Assembly: GCA_046758445.1 (NCBI GenBank)
Contig: JBHIAE010000004.1
Location: 3,518-67,517 of the forward strand
Origin: Candidatus Thorarchaeota archaeon
GTDB lineage: Archaea; Asgardarchaeota; Thorarchaeia; Thorarchaeales; Thorarchaeaceae
Length of the DNA: 64,000 nucleotides
Direction of reading: 5' to 3'
Positions 45,230 through 55,124 of the stretch are shown in pieces. A program made the translations under genes and the position numbers. The notes under the pieces were generated by a model. That model did not search any database. It had not been told where the DNA came from and saw nothing but the letters and a program-made list of their open reading frames with translations. The number at the start of each line of letters is the position of its first letter. Positions within the stretch are counted from its first letter, which is position 1.

Positions 45230-45990
45230 TGAGCAAGAGACTTGGTACCGTGACACCTCAGTTCGGAGTTGTCTTTCTACTGCTACTTCTGTCATTCGCC
45301 GCAGAACCCTGCAATGCGCAGAGGTGTGGTCGGACAACTTCGATGACGGTAATCACGATGGTTGGACAGCAAGTAGCTGCTCGGTCACTGCGGGTACTTT
45401 GCGAACAACGAGTGCCTCTGGATCTGCGTACCATGAGAGCACAGTCGCCGATGGCACATGGAGTTTTGATCTGGAGCACACAAACTTGGCAGTAGGGGTA
45501 TAGATTGGGGATGGCACGGTTACATTCTCCCAACGGTCTTCTTTGTGAGTACGCACCCTGAGGAAACGCCTTGGTACTTCTACTGTGTTGTCGCCACTCA
45601 AGCATCAACGCAGACAGGATACAAGCCCGTTTTAGAGGCCCGCAAGAATGCTCCCGATGGAGCCGGAGCGTTCTACACTTGGGCCAAGATTGCCAGCTAT
45701 GATGGTGAGGACGGTGACTTTGGTTGGAAACATGTCGACATAGCTCGAACGATAGGTGGGCAGATAACTGTCTGGATTAACGGCACTCTTGTCATTCAGG
45801 TGGTAGACACGGACATTGACACGTCGGAGTACTTCGTGTTCATGGCAGGAAATGATAGGGGGCATAGACAACGTGGTTGTGGACAACGTGCCAATTGCAG
45901 CTGGAGTGCCTCTGGAGCTACTGGCGCTTGGAATCTGCGTGCCGGTCGTCATTGCCGGGACCGTAGTCTGGACTCGTAGAAGAGGTGCAT
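45230..45990 (+). pseudogene. secreted concanavalin-A-like/DUF1080-like lectin-glucanase domain protein split across three frames
   Basis: Hand translation shows three segments in three frames: a signal peptide (VVFLLLLLSFAAEPCNAQ), then VWSDNFDDGNHDGWT...ADGTWSFDLEH, then ...GQITVWINGTLVIQVVDTD...FVFMAGNDRGH. A C-terminal TM (VPLELLALGICVPVVIAGTVVWTRRR) follows, also frame-shifted. One junction sits at a ggggg run (~45858). Confidence 0.3.
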
Positions 45991-46194
45991 AGAACAGGTC
46001 ATTTTCTGGCCTGGAGCAACAATCCACTACCACAGACTGCGGCAACTTGACACTATGTTGTTGTAACTCCCTAGCAATGCCCGGTCCTCAATCTACTACT
46101 GAGTCCTCACGACTTATATACACAACTACAGATAGGTTGCGGCACAACTTCGCGAAGAATACGCTTTTGCGGGTTGACACAGGAGGTTAACTTC

Positions 46195-47874
46195 GTGGAA
46201 AGAAACCAAACAATCGCGATAGTGGTGATTATCGTTATCATAGCGGGAGCAGCCGTTGGCTACTATATGTTTATGATCCCGCCAGAAGGCGGCCCTGTCG
46301 AGCAGGTTCTCATCATGGGAACAACTGACTCGGTGGAGTCTAGTCTCGATATCGCCCAATCGTATGACTACTTCGGTTGGGAGATAATAGGATCTCTCAG
46401 TTCAGGATTAGTCGAAATACAACCCGGCTCTGAAGCAGGAGCCGATGACATAAACCCGGCTCTAGCCCTAAGTTGGGTACCGAGCTCGGGAGGAACAGTA
46501 TGGGACTTCACCCTTAGAGAGGGTGTGTTATTCGAAGATGGTAGAGAGTTCAACGCCACCGATGTCGTATACACGTTCGAAAGGAACTGCAACCTCACTG
46601 GTGACGGTCTCTATGAAGGGGACGGACCTCAGCTCAACATGGGCTATGGTGACATCATCGACAACGTGACAGCCACAGGCGAGTTCACGGTTAGATTCGA
46701 ACTCAACATCGCCTTTGCACCATTCCTTCAATTGATGGCTGCACAATCATCCTTCATGGTCGACAGAGTACATGCACCTAAGGCTACCCTAGTGGCCTAC
46801 ACTCAGGGTGAGAACCGCACAAGTCATCCTGGAGGCCTAGGTCCATTCCTCTTGGAAGAATGGTCCAGAATTGGCGGAACCGATGAAAGGATAGTCTTGG
46901 TGAAGAACCCCGACTATTGGAATGCTGCTGCGGGACTGCCCAAGGCTGACAAGATCACTATCGTCATGTATGCGTCCGATACAGCATTGGCGTCAGCGAT
47001 GACATCAGGTGAGATTGACATCGCATACAGGCAGCTCACTGCACCACAGATTGAGTCATTCAGAGCCAATCCGAATGTGCGTGTCTGGGATGGTATTGGT
47101 GCTCAGATCCAGTACATGTGCTTCCAGCAGGCCACATATCCCTACAACATAACTGGAGTCAGGCAGGCCATCACTGCTGCTCTAAACAGGAGTCGTGTAA
47201 CAGAAACTGTCTTCCTTGGAACGTTCACCCCACTGTTCAGCATGATTCCAGCTGGAATGGCATACCACAAGCCGTCCTTCGAGGTACACGGGTCTGCAAA
47301 CTACACGTTCACTCAGACCGAGCTTGCAAAATACGGGTACAACTCGACTAACAAGCTGGTCATTGAATTCTGGTATGAGAGCTCAGGGCACTACCCACAG
47401 AGTGCTGAACAGGCGCTTGTCTATGAGGAGGACTTGGAAGCGAGTGGAGTCATTCAGGTCAACCTGAATAATGCCGAATGGTCCTCATACAGAGACCACA
47501 GGAACGCGGGCGACATGGAAGTGTTCATCTACGGCTGGTATCCGGACTTCATAGATCCGGACAACTACGAGTTCTTGCCGTTTGCCTCGTGGCTCAACAT
47601 GGGTTACAACGCGACCTACCCTGTGGGAGGCGGAGGCGAACAGCAAGCAGCCCTTTGGAACGATGGGCGCGCTGCTACTACAGATGCTGCTAGGCAGGCT
47701 GCATACTATGCTTTGCAGGACCTGCAAGCCCAAGAGGCCTCTGTAGTTCCACTCTGGCAGAGTGCAACGACTGCGGTGACCAAGCCCACCGTCCATGGTG
47801 TTGTGCTAGACATCACTGTGACATGGCGCCACTGGCTCCTTTACCTCGGTGATGCAGCGACGACTGGTCCATAA
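46195..47874 (+). CDS. ABC transporter substrate-binding protein, family 5 (peptide/nickel; DppA/OppA-like), N-terminally membrane-anchored
   Basis: An N-terminal TM anchor (IAIVVIIVIIAGAAVGYY) precedes an SBP_bac_5-like domain. The GTG start at 46195 is preceded by AGGAGG at 8-nt spacing (the longer TTG ORF starts at 46174). Confidence 0.8.
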   Translation: MERNQTIAIVVIIVIIAGAAVGYYMFMIPPEGGPVEQVLIMGTTDSVESSLDIAQSYDYFGWEIIGSLSSGLVEIQPGSEAGADDINPALALSWVPSSGGTVWDFTLREGVLFEDGREFNATDVVYTFERNCNLTGDGLYEGDGPQLNMGYGDIIDNVTATGEFTVRFELNIAFAPFLQLMAAQSSFMVDRVHAPKATLVAYTQGENRTSHPGGLGPFLLEEWSRIGGTDERIVLVKNPDYWNAAAGLPKADKITIVMYASDTALASAMTSGEIDIAYRQLTAPQIESFRANPNVRVWDGIGAQIQYMCFQQATYPYNITGVRQAITAALNRSRVTETVFLGTFTPLFSMIPAGMAYHKPSFEVHGSANYTFTQTELAKYGYNSTNKLVIEFWYESSGHYPQSAEQALVYEEDLEASGVIQVNLNNAEWSSYRDHRNAGDMEVFIYGWYPDFIDPDNYEFLPFASWLNMGYNATYPVGGGGEQQAALWNDGRAATTDAARQAAYYALQDLQAQEASVVPLWQSATTAVTKPTVHGVVLDITVTWRHWLLYLGDAATTGP

Positions 47875-47894
47875 ACACATGACTTGTTGAGAAT

Positions 47895-47930
47895 GCAGGC
47901 TCAATGCCTGCTTCTCTCTCTTCTTTTTTC
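47895..47930 (+). terminator. stem-loop plus T-rich tract downstream of the substrate-binding-protein gene
   Basis: The hairpin gcaggc-tcaat-gcctgc is followed by cttctctctcttcttttttc. It sits between the SBP gene and the permease genes and may act as an intra-operon attenuating terminator. Confidence 0.35.
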
Positions 47931-48094
47931 AAGAATAGCTCATCTAGTGAGCTCCATTAACTTGCCCTCTTCATTTGGCGGAGCATATAGAGACCCTCAC
48001 CACTGGGTGAGTACCGATTTCGAAGACCTTAAGTTGGCTTCACCAGCAGGCTCTTAGTACCGTCCTTCATGCCAAAGGACAAGAGGTGATCCGG

Positions 48095-49105
48095 ATGTCC
48101 CTGAGGTCCTACATTGTCACCCGTATACTGATGACGATTCCAATGATCATGCTTCTGCTCACATTCGTGTTTGTCATAATCCGTGTCATTCCAGGTGATC
48201 CAGCCCTTCTGCACTTCGAGAAGAATGTAGATCCTGCGGTCTTAGAAGCGTTTCGTACAAGGCTGGGACTGGACAAACCAATACACGAACAGTTCATTGA
48301 CTACCTAGTGGGACTGCCTCAAGGAGATTTCGGACTGTCAATGCAGGACTACAGCCCAATCAGCTCTCATATCGTTGCTAGGTTCCCAGCAACACTCGAG
48401 CTGACTATATACTCGATGCTCTTTGCTGTGCTTTTAGGAGTCGCCCTTGGGGTTCAAGCCTCAAAGAACTATGACACTATGAAGGACTACACGATCAGGA
48501 CTTTCGGAATCGTGACCTATGCGATTCCAGTCTTCTTTCTGGGCATGATTCTCCAGTTCATCTTCTCAATATACCTCGGGATACTGCCTACCGGGACCCG
48601 CTTCTCTCCACGGTATACGCCGCCAGATACGATAACTGGCCTCTATACTATTGACAGCATTCTCACGGGCAACTTCGAGGCGTTTATAATCTCGTTCAGA
48701 TACTTGTTGTTGCCTGCAGTTACACTGGGTACAGTACTATGTGGCATCTTCATCCGACTGACGCGTACAAACATGCTTGAAACTCTCAGGATGGACTTTG
48801 TTGTAGCGGCTAAGGCCCGAGGGCTGTCAGAAGGCACTGTAACATACAGCTACGCTCTCAAGAATGCGTTTCTTCCAGTCTTGACTATGATCGGCCTACA
48901 ATTCGCCGCCCTGTTGGCAGGAGCAATTCTTACAGAAACAACCTTCAGCTGGCCCGGACTTGGAACGTACCTTGTGCAGAGGATTGCCCACCGTGACTAT
49001 ACGGCCATCCAAGGCACCGTGGTCTTCTTTGGGATTCTTGTCAGCTTGGTCACGCTGTTCGTTGACATACTGTATGCGTACCTAGACCCGCGCATAAGGC
49101 TCTAA
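48095..49105 (+). CDS. ABC transporter permease (DppB/OppB-like)
   Basis: A BPD_transp_1-type permease. The ATG at 48095 is preceded by AGAGGTGA. The N-terminal motif IPGDPA is typical of DppB. Confidence 0.85.
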   Translation: MSLRSYIVTRILMTIPMIMLLLTFVFVIIRVIPGDPALLHFEKNVDPAVLEAFRTRLGLDKPIHEQFIDYLVGLPQGDFGLSMQDYSPISSHIVARFPATLELTIYSMLFAVLLGVALGVQASKNYDTMKDYTIRTFGIVTYAIPVFFLGMILQFIFSIYLGILPTGTRFSPRYTPPDTITGLYTIDSILTGNFEAFIISFRYLLLPAVTLGTVLCGIFIRLTRTNMLETLRMDFVVAAKARGLSEGTVTYSYALKNAFLPVLTMIGLQFAALLAGAILTETTFSWPGLGTYLVQRIAHRDYTAIQGTVVFFGILVSLVTLFVDILYAYLDPRIRL

Positions 49106-49117
49106 GGAGGACTTGCT

Positions 49118-50377
49118 GTGGAAAACGAGAAGATAGTAAGTGGAATGTTCTTCCGGGTTGGAAGAGTTCGGGACACTCTCAAGGACCGATCGAGAAAGTG
49201 GTGGGTTGGATTCATCGTCATTGTCGGGGGATCGCTAGTCCTGATCTCATCCTTCATCGGGCTCGCCGCGAGCTCGGGCAGTGGGGTTGGAGTTCAAGTC
49301 GTCATTATCACAATCGTAATAGGGCTTCTAGTCTTGATGGGTAGGTGGCTTGGGAGTGGTATAGAATCAGAAAGAAAGCTGATTGCTCGATTGGTGACGC
49401 TCCTGCCTCTCATACTCTTCGGACTGATTGCAGTGATCACTCTGCCGGTCATATTTGACCCTATTGGCGGTCTGGGACTCTATCTAGCCCTCCTAGAAGG
49501 GGGCTTTGTAATGTTTCTGATAATGCTGGTTCTGCACGATGGCTATCCCATGCTCAAGGATAGAGGCACTCCTGGCCTCATCACAATGGCCGGTTTCCTG
49601 ATCGTCTTCGCAGTGTTATACATGACTGCGATATCACTCTGGATTGTTCCGTATAATCCCGGACAACTGACCGTTGGGCCACTGTTGGGACCACCCTCGC
49701 CGAATTATCCACTGGGAACGACGTCACTGGGCCAAGACCTACTCAGTCGAACGGTATCAGGCGGGGCAGTCATGCTTCAGGTTGCGGCCGTGTCAGTGGC
49801 CGTATGTTTCTCGATTGGAGTACCACTAGGACTCGCCACTACATACAGAGGGGGAAACGTGGAGAAAGGGACAGGAATTGTGATGGACAGTATCTTCGCG
49901 TTTCCAGGCCTTGTCCTTGCCATCGCCATCTCTGCGATGCTTGGACCAGGTGTGGTCAACATGGCACTGGCTATAGCTGTTGTCTACATTCCCTCGTACT
50001 ACAGAGTAGTACGGAGCCAAGTGCTCAGCATCAAAGAACTCCCGTACGTTGAGGCGGCAGTGGTAATGGGGGCCAGAAACCGAGACATCATCTTCCGATA
50101 CATTCTGCCGAATCTACTTCCCTCAGCTGTTGTGGTGATGTCAATCAACTTCGCTGATGCGGTCCTCACGGCAGCAGGACTGACCTTCATCGGTCTGGGA
50201 TTGCCTGTCAATGTGCCAGACTGGGGCTGGGATCTCACGTTTGGTTCCCACCAGTACATAACGGGCGCCTGGTGGGTAATCACCTTCCCAGGAGTCATGA
50301 TAGTGATTCTTGCTCTTGGATTCACCCTCGCGGGAGAGGGCCTCAACGAGCTTCTTACGCCCAAGCTGGAGGAGTGA
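49118..50377 (+). CDS. ABC transporter permease (DppC/OppC-like) with an extended N-terminus
   Basis: The GTG start follows AAGGAGG. It has a DppC-type C-terminal half (ALAIAVVYIPSYYRVVRSQVLSIKELPYVEAA). Confidence 0.85.
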   Translation: MENEKIVSGMFFRVGRVRDTLKDRSRKWWVGFIVIVGGSLVLISSFIGLAASSGSGVGVQVVIITIVIGLLVLMGRWLGSGIESERKLIARLVTLLPLILFGLIAVITLPVIFDPIGGLGLYLALLEGGFVMFLIMLVLHDGYPMLKDRGTPGLITMAGFLIVFAVLYMTAISLWIVPYNPGQLTVGPLLGPPSPNYPLGTTSLGQDLLSRTVSGGAVMLQVAAVSVAVCFSIGVPLGLATTYRGGNVEKGTGIVMDSIFAFPGLVLAIAISAMLGPGVVNMALAIAVVYIPSYYRVVRSQVLSIKELPYVEAAVVMGARNRDIIFRYILPNLLPSAVVVMSINFADAVLTAAGLTFIGLGLPVNVPDWGWDLTFGSHQYITGAWWVITFPGVMIVILALGFTLAGEGLNELLTPKLEE

Positions 50378-50383
50378 GGACCC

Positions 50384-51394
50384 ATGGCTGACATTCTCTC
50401 AATAAACGACCTCACAGTGGAGTACGTCACACGTAGAGGCACAGCACGTGCCGTAGACAAGGTGTTCCTAACGCTAGAGGAGAACAAGACCTTGGGTCTG
50501 GCGGGCGAATCGGGATGTGGAAAATCCACTCTGGGCCGTTCGATAATGCGCCTTGTTCCTCATCCTGGTCGAATCGTTAAAGGGAGCATTGTCTTCAACA
50601 TCAAGGAGGAAATTCAGTTCAATAAGCATTCTATCGAGAAAGGCAACGTAAACCTCATGGAGTTGAATGAGGATCAGATGAGGAGACTCCGCGGAGAGGA
50701 GATTGCCTACATCTTCCAAGACCCGATGACATCTCTCAACCCGATGTTGAGTATAGGTGAACATTTCACACAGCTCATGAAGGCACACGATCCAACCATC
50801 GAGAAAGAAGCTGCTATCGATAGAGCACAAGAGATCCTTGATAGCCTGGGAATACTTCCAGAAAGAACAATCGATTATCCTCACCAATTCTCTGGAGGTA
50901 TGAGACAGAGAGTGATGATAGGCCTGGGGCTGGCCCTGCGACCAAAGCTCCTAATCTCGGATGAGCCAACTACCTCTCTGGATGTCATCGTCGAGGCTCA
51001 GATACTAGAGGAGATGGCTGCACTCAAGGATGAGTTCAATCTCACAATGATTCTAATAACACACAACCTTGGCGTTCTGGCGCAGACAGCGGACGACATA
51101 GCCATCATGTATACAGGAAGACTGATGGAGTTGGCACCTACGGATGTGCTGTTCGCGGAACCCTTGCATCCATATACTCAGGAGCTGCTGAAGGCCGTTC
51201 CCGATGTTACGAAGCCTGAGAAGAAACTATCCTGGATTCCAGGTGCACCACCAGACCTTGTTGACCCGCCACCAGGTTGCATGTTTCACCCAAGATGCCC
51301 CTATGTCATGGACATATGTAAGGTGGAAGTACCGCCTCTGATACCGAGCAAGACAGGCGGGGTGGTTGCTTGTCACCTGTATAATGGAGGCTGA
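50384..51394 (+). CDS. ABC transporter ATP-binding protein (DppD/OppD-like)
   Basis: Contains Walker A GESGCGKST, the signature FSGGMRQRV, Walker B LLISDEPTTSLD, and a C-terminal oligopeptide-ABC extension with CxxC. Confidence 0.9.
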   Translation: MADILSINDLTVEYVTRRGTARAVDKVFLTLEENKTLGLAGESGCGKSTLGRSIMRLVPHPGRIVKGSIVFNIKEEIQFNKHSIEKGNVNLMELNEDQMRRLRGEEIAYIFQDPMTSLNPMLSIGEHFTQLMKAHDPTIEKEAAIDRAQEILDSLGILPERTIDYPHQFSGGMRQRVMIGLGLALRPKLLISDEPTTSLDVIVEAQILEEMAALKDEFNLTMILITHNLGVLAQTADDIAIMYTGRLMELAPTDVLFAEPLHPYTQELLKAVPDVTKPEKKLSWIPGAPPDLVDPPPGCMFHPRCPYVMDICKVEVPPLIPSKTGGVVACHLYNGG

Positions 51395-51397
51395 ACC

Positions 51398-52375
51398 TTG
51401 AAGATCATAGAGGTGAAAGACGTCAAGAAGTACTTTCCAGTACAGAAGAGCTTCCTTGATTCGCTGGTTTCAAAGGATAAGGAATATGTGAGGGCAGTGG
51501 ACGATGTTTCCTTTGCCGTGGAGAAGGGAGAAGTCCTGGGCCTGGCGGGGGAGAGTGGTTCGGGTAAGACCACGACTGGGAGACTCTGTGTACGCCTCAT
51601 CGAGCCAACAGAGGGTCAGATCTTGTTCGATGGGAAGGACATCGCGAAGCTTCGAGGTAAGGAGCTTCGCCTCATGAGAAGGAGAATACAGTTCACCTTT
51701 CAAGATCCCACATCCTCTCTGAATCCTCGACGAAAGATTGGTGATGCTATTGGAGATGCACTCAAGCTGCAACAGATCGGCACGCCTGATGAGAGGAAGG
51801 AGCGAGTGGAAGAGGTACTGGATAGAGTAGGACTCTCACCTGCGAGTTCCTTTATTGACAGACTGCCACACCAGCTGAGCGGTGGTCAGAAGCAGCGTGT
51901 CGTCTTTGGCAGAGCGATTGTGTTGAATCCTGAGTTCGTCGTCACTGATGAGCCCGTTGCCATGGTCGATGTCTCAATAAAGGCGCAGATTCTGGAACTG
52001 ATGATGGATCTGAAGAAAGAGTACGGACTGACATATCTGTTCATTTCTCACGACCTTGCGACATCCAGACACGTGTGCGACAGAATTGGCATCATGTATC
52101 TTGGGAAGATAGTCGAAGTGGGTGACAAGGATAGCATCTACGAGGATCCATTGCATCCATACGCCGTCGGCCTAATCAGTGCCATCCCTGTGCCAGACCC
52201 GAAAGTGAAGAAATCAGAGGCGATACCTCGCGGGGAGATTCCAAGCCCGATCAATCCCCCCAGTGGCTGCAGGTTCCATCCTCGATGCCCCAAGGCATTT
52301 GATAGGTGTCCGCTGGAAGAGCCGGAACTGCGAGATGTTGGCAACGGTCGTCTTGTTGCATGCCATCTGTATTGA
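51398..52375 (+). CDS. ABC transporter ATP-binding protein (DppF/OppF-like)
   Basis: The TTG start follows GGAGG. It contains GESGSGKTT, LSGGQKQRV and VVTDEPVAMVD. Confidence 0.9.
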   Translation: MKIIEVKDVKKYFPVQKSFLDSLVSKDKEYVRAVDDVSFAVEKGEVLGLAGESGSGKTTTGRLCVRLIEPTEGQILFDGKDIAKLRGKELRLMRRRIQFTFQDPTSSLNPRRKIGDAIGDALKLQQIGTPDERKERVEEVLDRVGLSPASSFIDRLPHQLSGGQKQRVVFGRAIVLNPEFVVTDEPVAMVDVSIKAQILELMMDLKKEYGLTYLFISHDLATSRHVCDRIGIMYLGKIVEVGDKDSIYEDPLHPYAVGLISAIPVPDPKVKKSEAIPRGEIPSPINPPSGCRFHPRCPKAFDRCPLEEPELRDVGNGRLVACHLY

Positions 52376-52422
52376 GTTCAGAGCCAGTCATCATTCGTGT
52401 GCTCGATATCCACTGCAAGATC

Positions 52423-53307
52423 TCATCCCCTCTTTCCGGCCTCGTCGAGCATGCAGTCCAGAACACTCTGCCAGATGGTCCCGTCATCACGCATCTTGTT
52501 CTCGAAGTTGTTGGTGTTGATCCATTCTTGAAGGGCTCCGTCAGCCTTCGAGGTGAAAGCATCGTCCACGGAATCAAGATAGCCCAGTGTCTTCAATGCT
52601 TCCTGAATCTTGACGGCCAAGTCGCCCTCTATTCGAAGAAGCCTACTCGGATCCTCTCTACTGAGGAGTGTCATGTCATAGAGAGAGAAGACGCGTTCAA
52701 GCTCCTCAATTGGACTCGGATGATCGTCGACCCTGACGTCAACGTATCTGTCATTCCCGCCTTCGTATCCGCCCGCCTCTCGTACAACCAGAATGGCCGC
52801 AGACTGCATTCCTCTCCTGTCACCGCCTGCCGCTTGCCCAGCCCTCAGACTTGCAAGCAATCTGTCTATCAAGTCACCGTCTGTTCCTTCGTACGCGTCT
52901 GCCATGTTCTTTACAACGGCTTCTCCTGCGAGGATGTTTCCTTGGCATGCATAACCATCACCTACTATGTGACCCGCCCACTCCATGCACTCGCTTCCCG
53001 TGTGTGCAACTGCACGTCCTTTGGCGTCGACAATCCCGACCTGACGATGCTCAGCCTTTTCGTCATCGCTGAGAAGTGCCTTCAGTGTTTCAGAGGCACT
53101 CTTTCCAGCCAGCATTAACTCTAGCCCTCTTGGACCATAAGACGAATTGGCCCAGGCCTGAGTAGCAACGGCTCCAACCTCGGCCGCGGCCCAAGGCACG
53201 ATTGCTCCGACGGCCGGAAACTTCGACTGCACGACGATTCCTAGGTCTCCATTAGTAGGGTCCCTTGCTACGATGGAGAACGTGCAGAGGTTGCTAACTT
53301 CCTTCAT
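52423..53307 (-). CDS. DUF1028-family (Ntn-hydrolase-like) protein with a C-terminal putative peptidoglycan-binding-like domain
   Basis: CTFSIVARDPTNGDLGIVVQSKFPAVGAIVPWAAAEVGAVATQAWANSSYGPRG matches the DUF1028 N-terminal signature. Confidence 0.65.
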   Translation of the reverse strand: MKEVSNLCTFSIVARDPTNGDLGIVVQSKFPAVGAIVPWAAAEVGAVATQAWANSSYGPRGLELMLAGKSASETLKALLSDDEKAEHRQVGIVDAKGRAVAHTGSECMEWAGHIVGDGYACQGNILAGEAVVKNMADAYEGTDGDLIDRLLASLRAGQAAGGDRRGMQSAAILVVREAGGYEGGNDRYVDVRVDDHPSPIEELERVFSLYDMTLLSREDPSRLLRIEGDLAVKIQEALKTLGYLDSVDDAFTSKADGALQEWINTNNFENKMRDDGTIWQSVLDCMLDEAGKRG

Positions 53308-53388
53308 GGTTCGTTGTCCTCCTTTTCATGGTTGACGCATGAATCTTCGTTCCTCTTTAGCCCATCGGTGAAAGTGACTAGAGTTCCA

Positions 53389-53976
53389 ATGCAGAACAAG
53401 CAATTCTTAAGAGATGGAACTGCCTGTGGTCTGGTTGCCGTTCCAGCCATGTGCCAGGACTTACTGAGAGGTCTGCTCTCAATGGCCGAGATCCACATCA
53501 GGTATGTCACAAGCACCGGACTTGAGAAGAGTCTAGAGATCAGAGCCAGCGAAACATACGTCAATCTGGACCTGCGTGACATCGCATCAATAGACTTGCT
53601 CCCTCTAATCTGGTGCACTGGCCTCGAAGAGCTCAGCATTCGGAATAACAAGATCTCATCTGTGGACCTGTCACCGTTGAGTAAGTGTAAGAAACTGCAG
53701 TCCCTCAGACTGAGCAACAATCAGTTGGAAGAAATCGATCTCACTCCACTTGGATCTTGTCCGGAACTTGCGGAGCTGGCACTCCAGGGTAACCGATTTA
53801 GAAGGGTTGACATATCAGCTCTCTTTCATTGCCAAGATCTGACCGACCTCAAGCTTGACGACTCAGTCACACTTCTAGCAGACCTCACGCTGAAGTCTGT
53901 GGGCAGTTGGCCGGAAGTTCTGGTGGAGCGATTTCATAGAATCCTCTGGAAGGTTCCTGAACCTCTGCGAGGTTAG
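53389..53976 (+). CDS. leucine-rich-repeat (LRR) protein
   Basis: There are at least five ~22-residue LRR units (LEELSIRNNKISSVDLSPLSKC / KKLQSLRLSNNQLEEIDLTPLGSC / PELAELALQGNRFRRVDISALFHC / QDLTDLKLDD...). The start is set at the internal ATG at 53389. Confidence 0.55.
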   Translation: MQNKQFLRDGTACGLVAVPAMCQDLLRGLLSMAEIHIRYVTSTGLEKSLEIRASETYVNLDLRDIASIDLLPLIWCTGLEELSIRNNKISSVDLSPLSKCKKLQSLRLSNNQLEEIDLTPLGSCPELAELALQGNRFRRVDISALFHCQDLTDLKLDDSVTLLADLTLKSVGSWPEVLVERFHRILWKVPEPLRG

Positions 53977-54048
53977 ATGAAGAAAGACGGATCCGGGATT
54001 TCGTTCCGGGTCCGAACGTTGTCATGATTCTGACAGAGATTGAGGATA

Positions 54049-55020
54049 CTAACGCCGGGCTCTGACTATGACTACTAGTGCAACCGCAGTGACTCCTCCA
54101 GCTAGTACCAGCAACTGAATGTAGTCTATTCCGAAGAACGTCCAAGTTGTCGCTAGTTGAGAGAGTCCAATCGTTGGGTCGTAGTCTAGGTCATCACTGC
54201 CGAAGTTCTCGAATGCCAGGTAGATTGACTTACCTTCCTGAGGTCCCAATGCGTCACCATGTGAGGCGTGCACTTGAACCTGATGGCTCGCGTTGCCGGC
54301 AAAAGCATTCTGAGCGTACTCCATCCAACCATGCCCGAATGTGAACCTATTACCTTCGTGCTCAATGATGTCCACCTCCCGAGGTGATTGAATACGATTA
54401 TGCTCGGATTCAGACACAGTGAACTGGAAGACAAGGATTGAGTCGTTGTATGTCCACTCCCATCCTGAGATGCGCAAGTCGAACTTGAATTGGTCCGGAG
54501 TTGCTAGGTAGAAGTGTACTCGGATTTGAATCTCAACAACCATTGGATTCATGTGACCGGGCATTCCTGGCATTCCAGGCATTGTCGTGGTCATTCCAGC
54601 GCCTTGATGCGAGTAGGTTTCCGTGCTTGTGAAGTTGAAGTGTATTGCCGTGACAACACCGTTCTGTTCCTCTTCCACAAATCCATTGAACTCCCAACCT
54701 GCTACAGGCAACACAAACATGGCACCAACCAACCGATCCTCACCAGGTACGAACATACCATCGCCATTCGTGTCATTTGCCTCGAATAGTCTGAGGAACA
54801 TTATGTGGTAGTCAGTACCAGGGTCAGTTTCGTTCCACCAACGAAAGTGCGGGACCTCACCATTGGAGCTGACCATCACACCAATCTCACCTGTTGTGAT
54901 GGTGGCAACTCCCATCGAGTACTGGTGTTGCATTCCGCGATGGGGCTGTGCAACTGCAAAAGGCGCTGACACAAGAAGCACCAATGCAGCAAGCGTGACT
55001 AATACTCCTTTGTTGAACAT
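54049..55020 (-). CDS. secreted/surface protein with a signal peptide and a C-terminal TM anchor
   Basis: The signal peptide MFNKGVLVTLAALVLLVSAPFAVAQ precedes a Met/Pro/Gly-rich linker (MPGMPGMPGHMNPM) and a C-terminal TM (LLVLAGGVTAVALVVIVRARR). Confidence 0.5.
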   Translation of the reverse strand: MFNKGVLVTLAALVLLVSAPFAVAQPHRGMQHQYSMGVATITTGEIGVMVSSNGEVPHFRWWNETDPGTDYHIMFLRLFEANDTNGDGMFVPGEDRLVGAMFVLPVAGWEFNGFVEEEQNGVVTAIHFNFTSTETYSHQGAGMTTTMPGMPGMPGHMNPMVVEIQIRVHFYLATPDQFKFDLRISGWEWTYNDSILVFQFTVSESEHNRIQSPREVDIIEHEGNRFTFGHGWMEYAQNAFAGNASHQVQVHASHGDALGPQEGKSIYLAFENFGSDDLDYDPTIGLSQLATTWTFFGIDYIQLLVLAGGVTAVALVVIVRARR

Positions 55021-55124
55021 CTTAGACGTCACCAAGATGTGACTCATCAAATATGTATATAATAGTTCTATTCCACGTCTATAGAATTCGGACTTCGATA
55101 CCTCTCGAAGTGATTTTCATCAAC

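Noticed and set aside
44948-45230. ~280-nt non-coding gap checked for a tRNA or ncRNA (contains ggcttcaaaggcc)
   Set aside because: The candidate T-arm does not extend into a proper 5-bp stem. No acceptor or anticodon arms could be built, so it is more likely the 5' UTR or promoter region of the disrupted secreted-protein gene.
49999-50529. 176-aa minus-strand ORF across the junction of the dppC and dppD genes
   Set aside because: It is antisense to two strongly supported ABC genes and is Arg/Ser/Pro-rich. It is likely spurious.
52306-53118. 270-aa plus-strand ORF overlapping the DUF1028 gene
   Set aside because: The opposite strand carries a clear DUF1028 signature. This ORF has no recognisable features.
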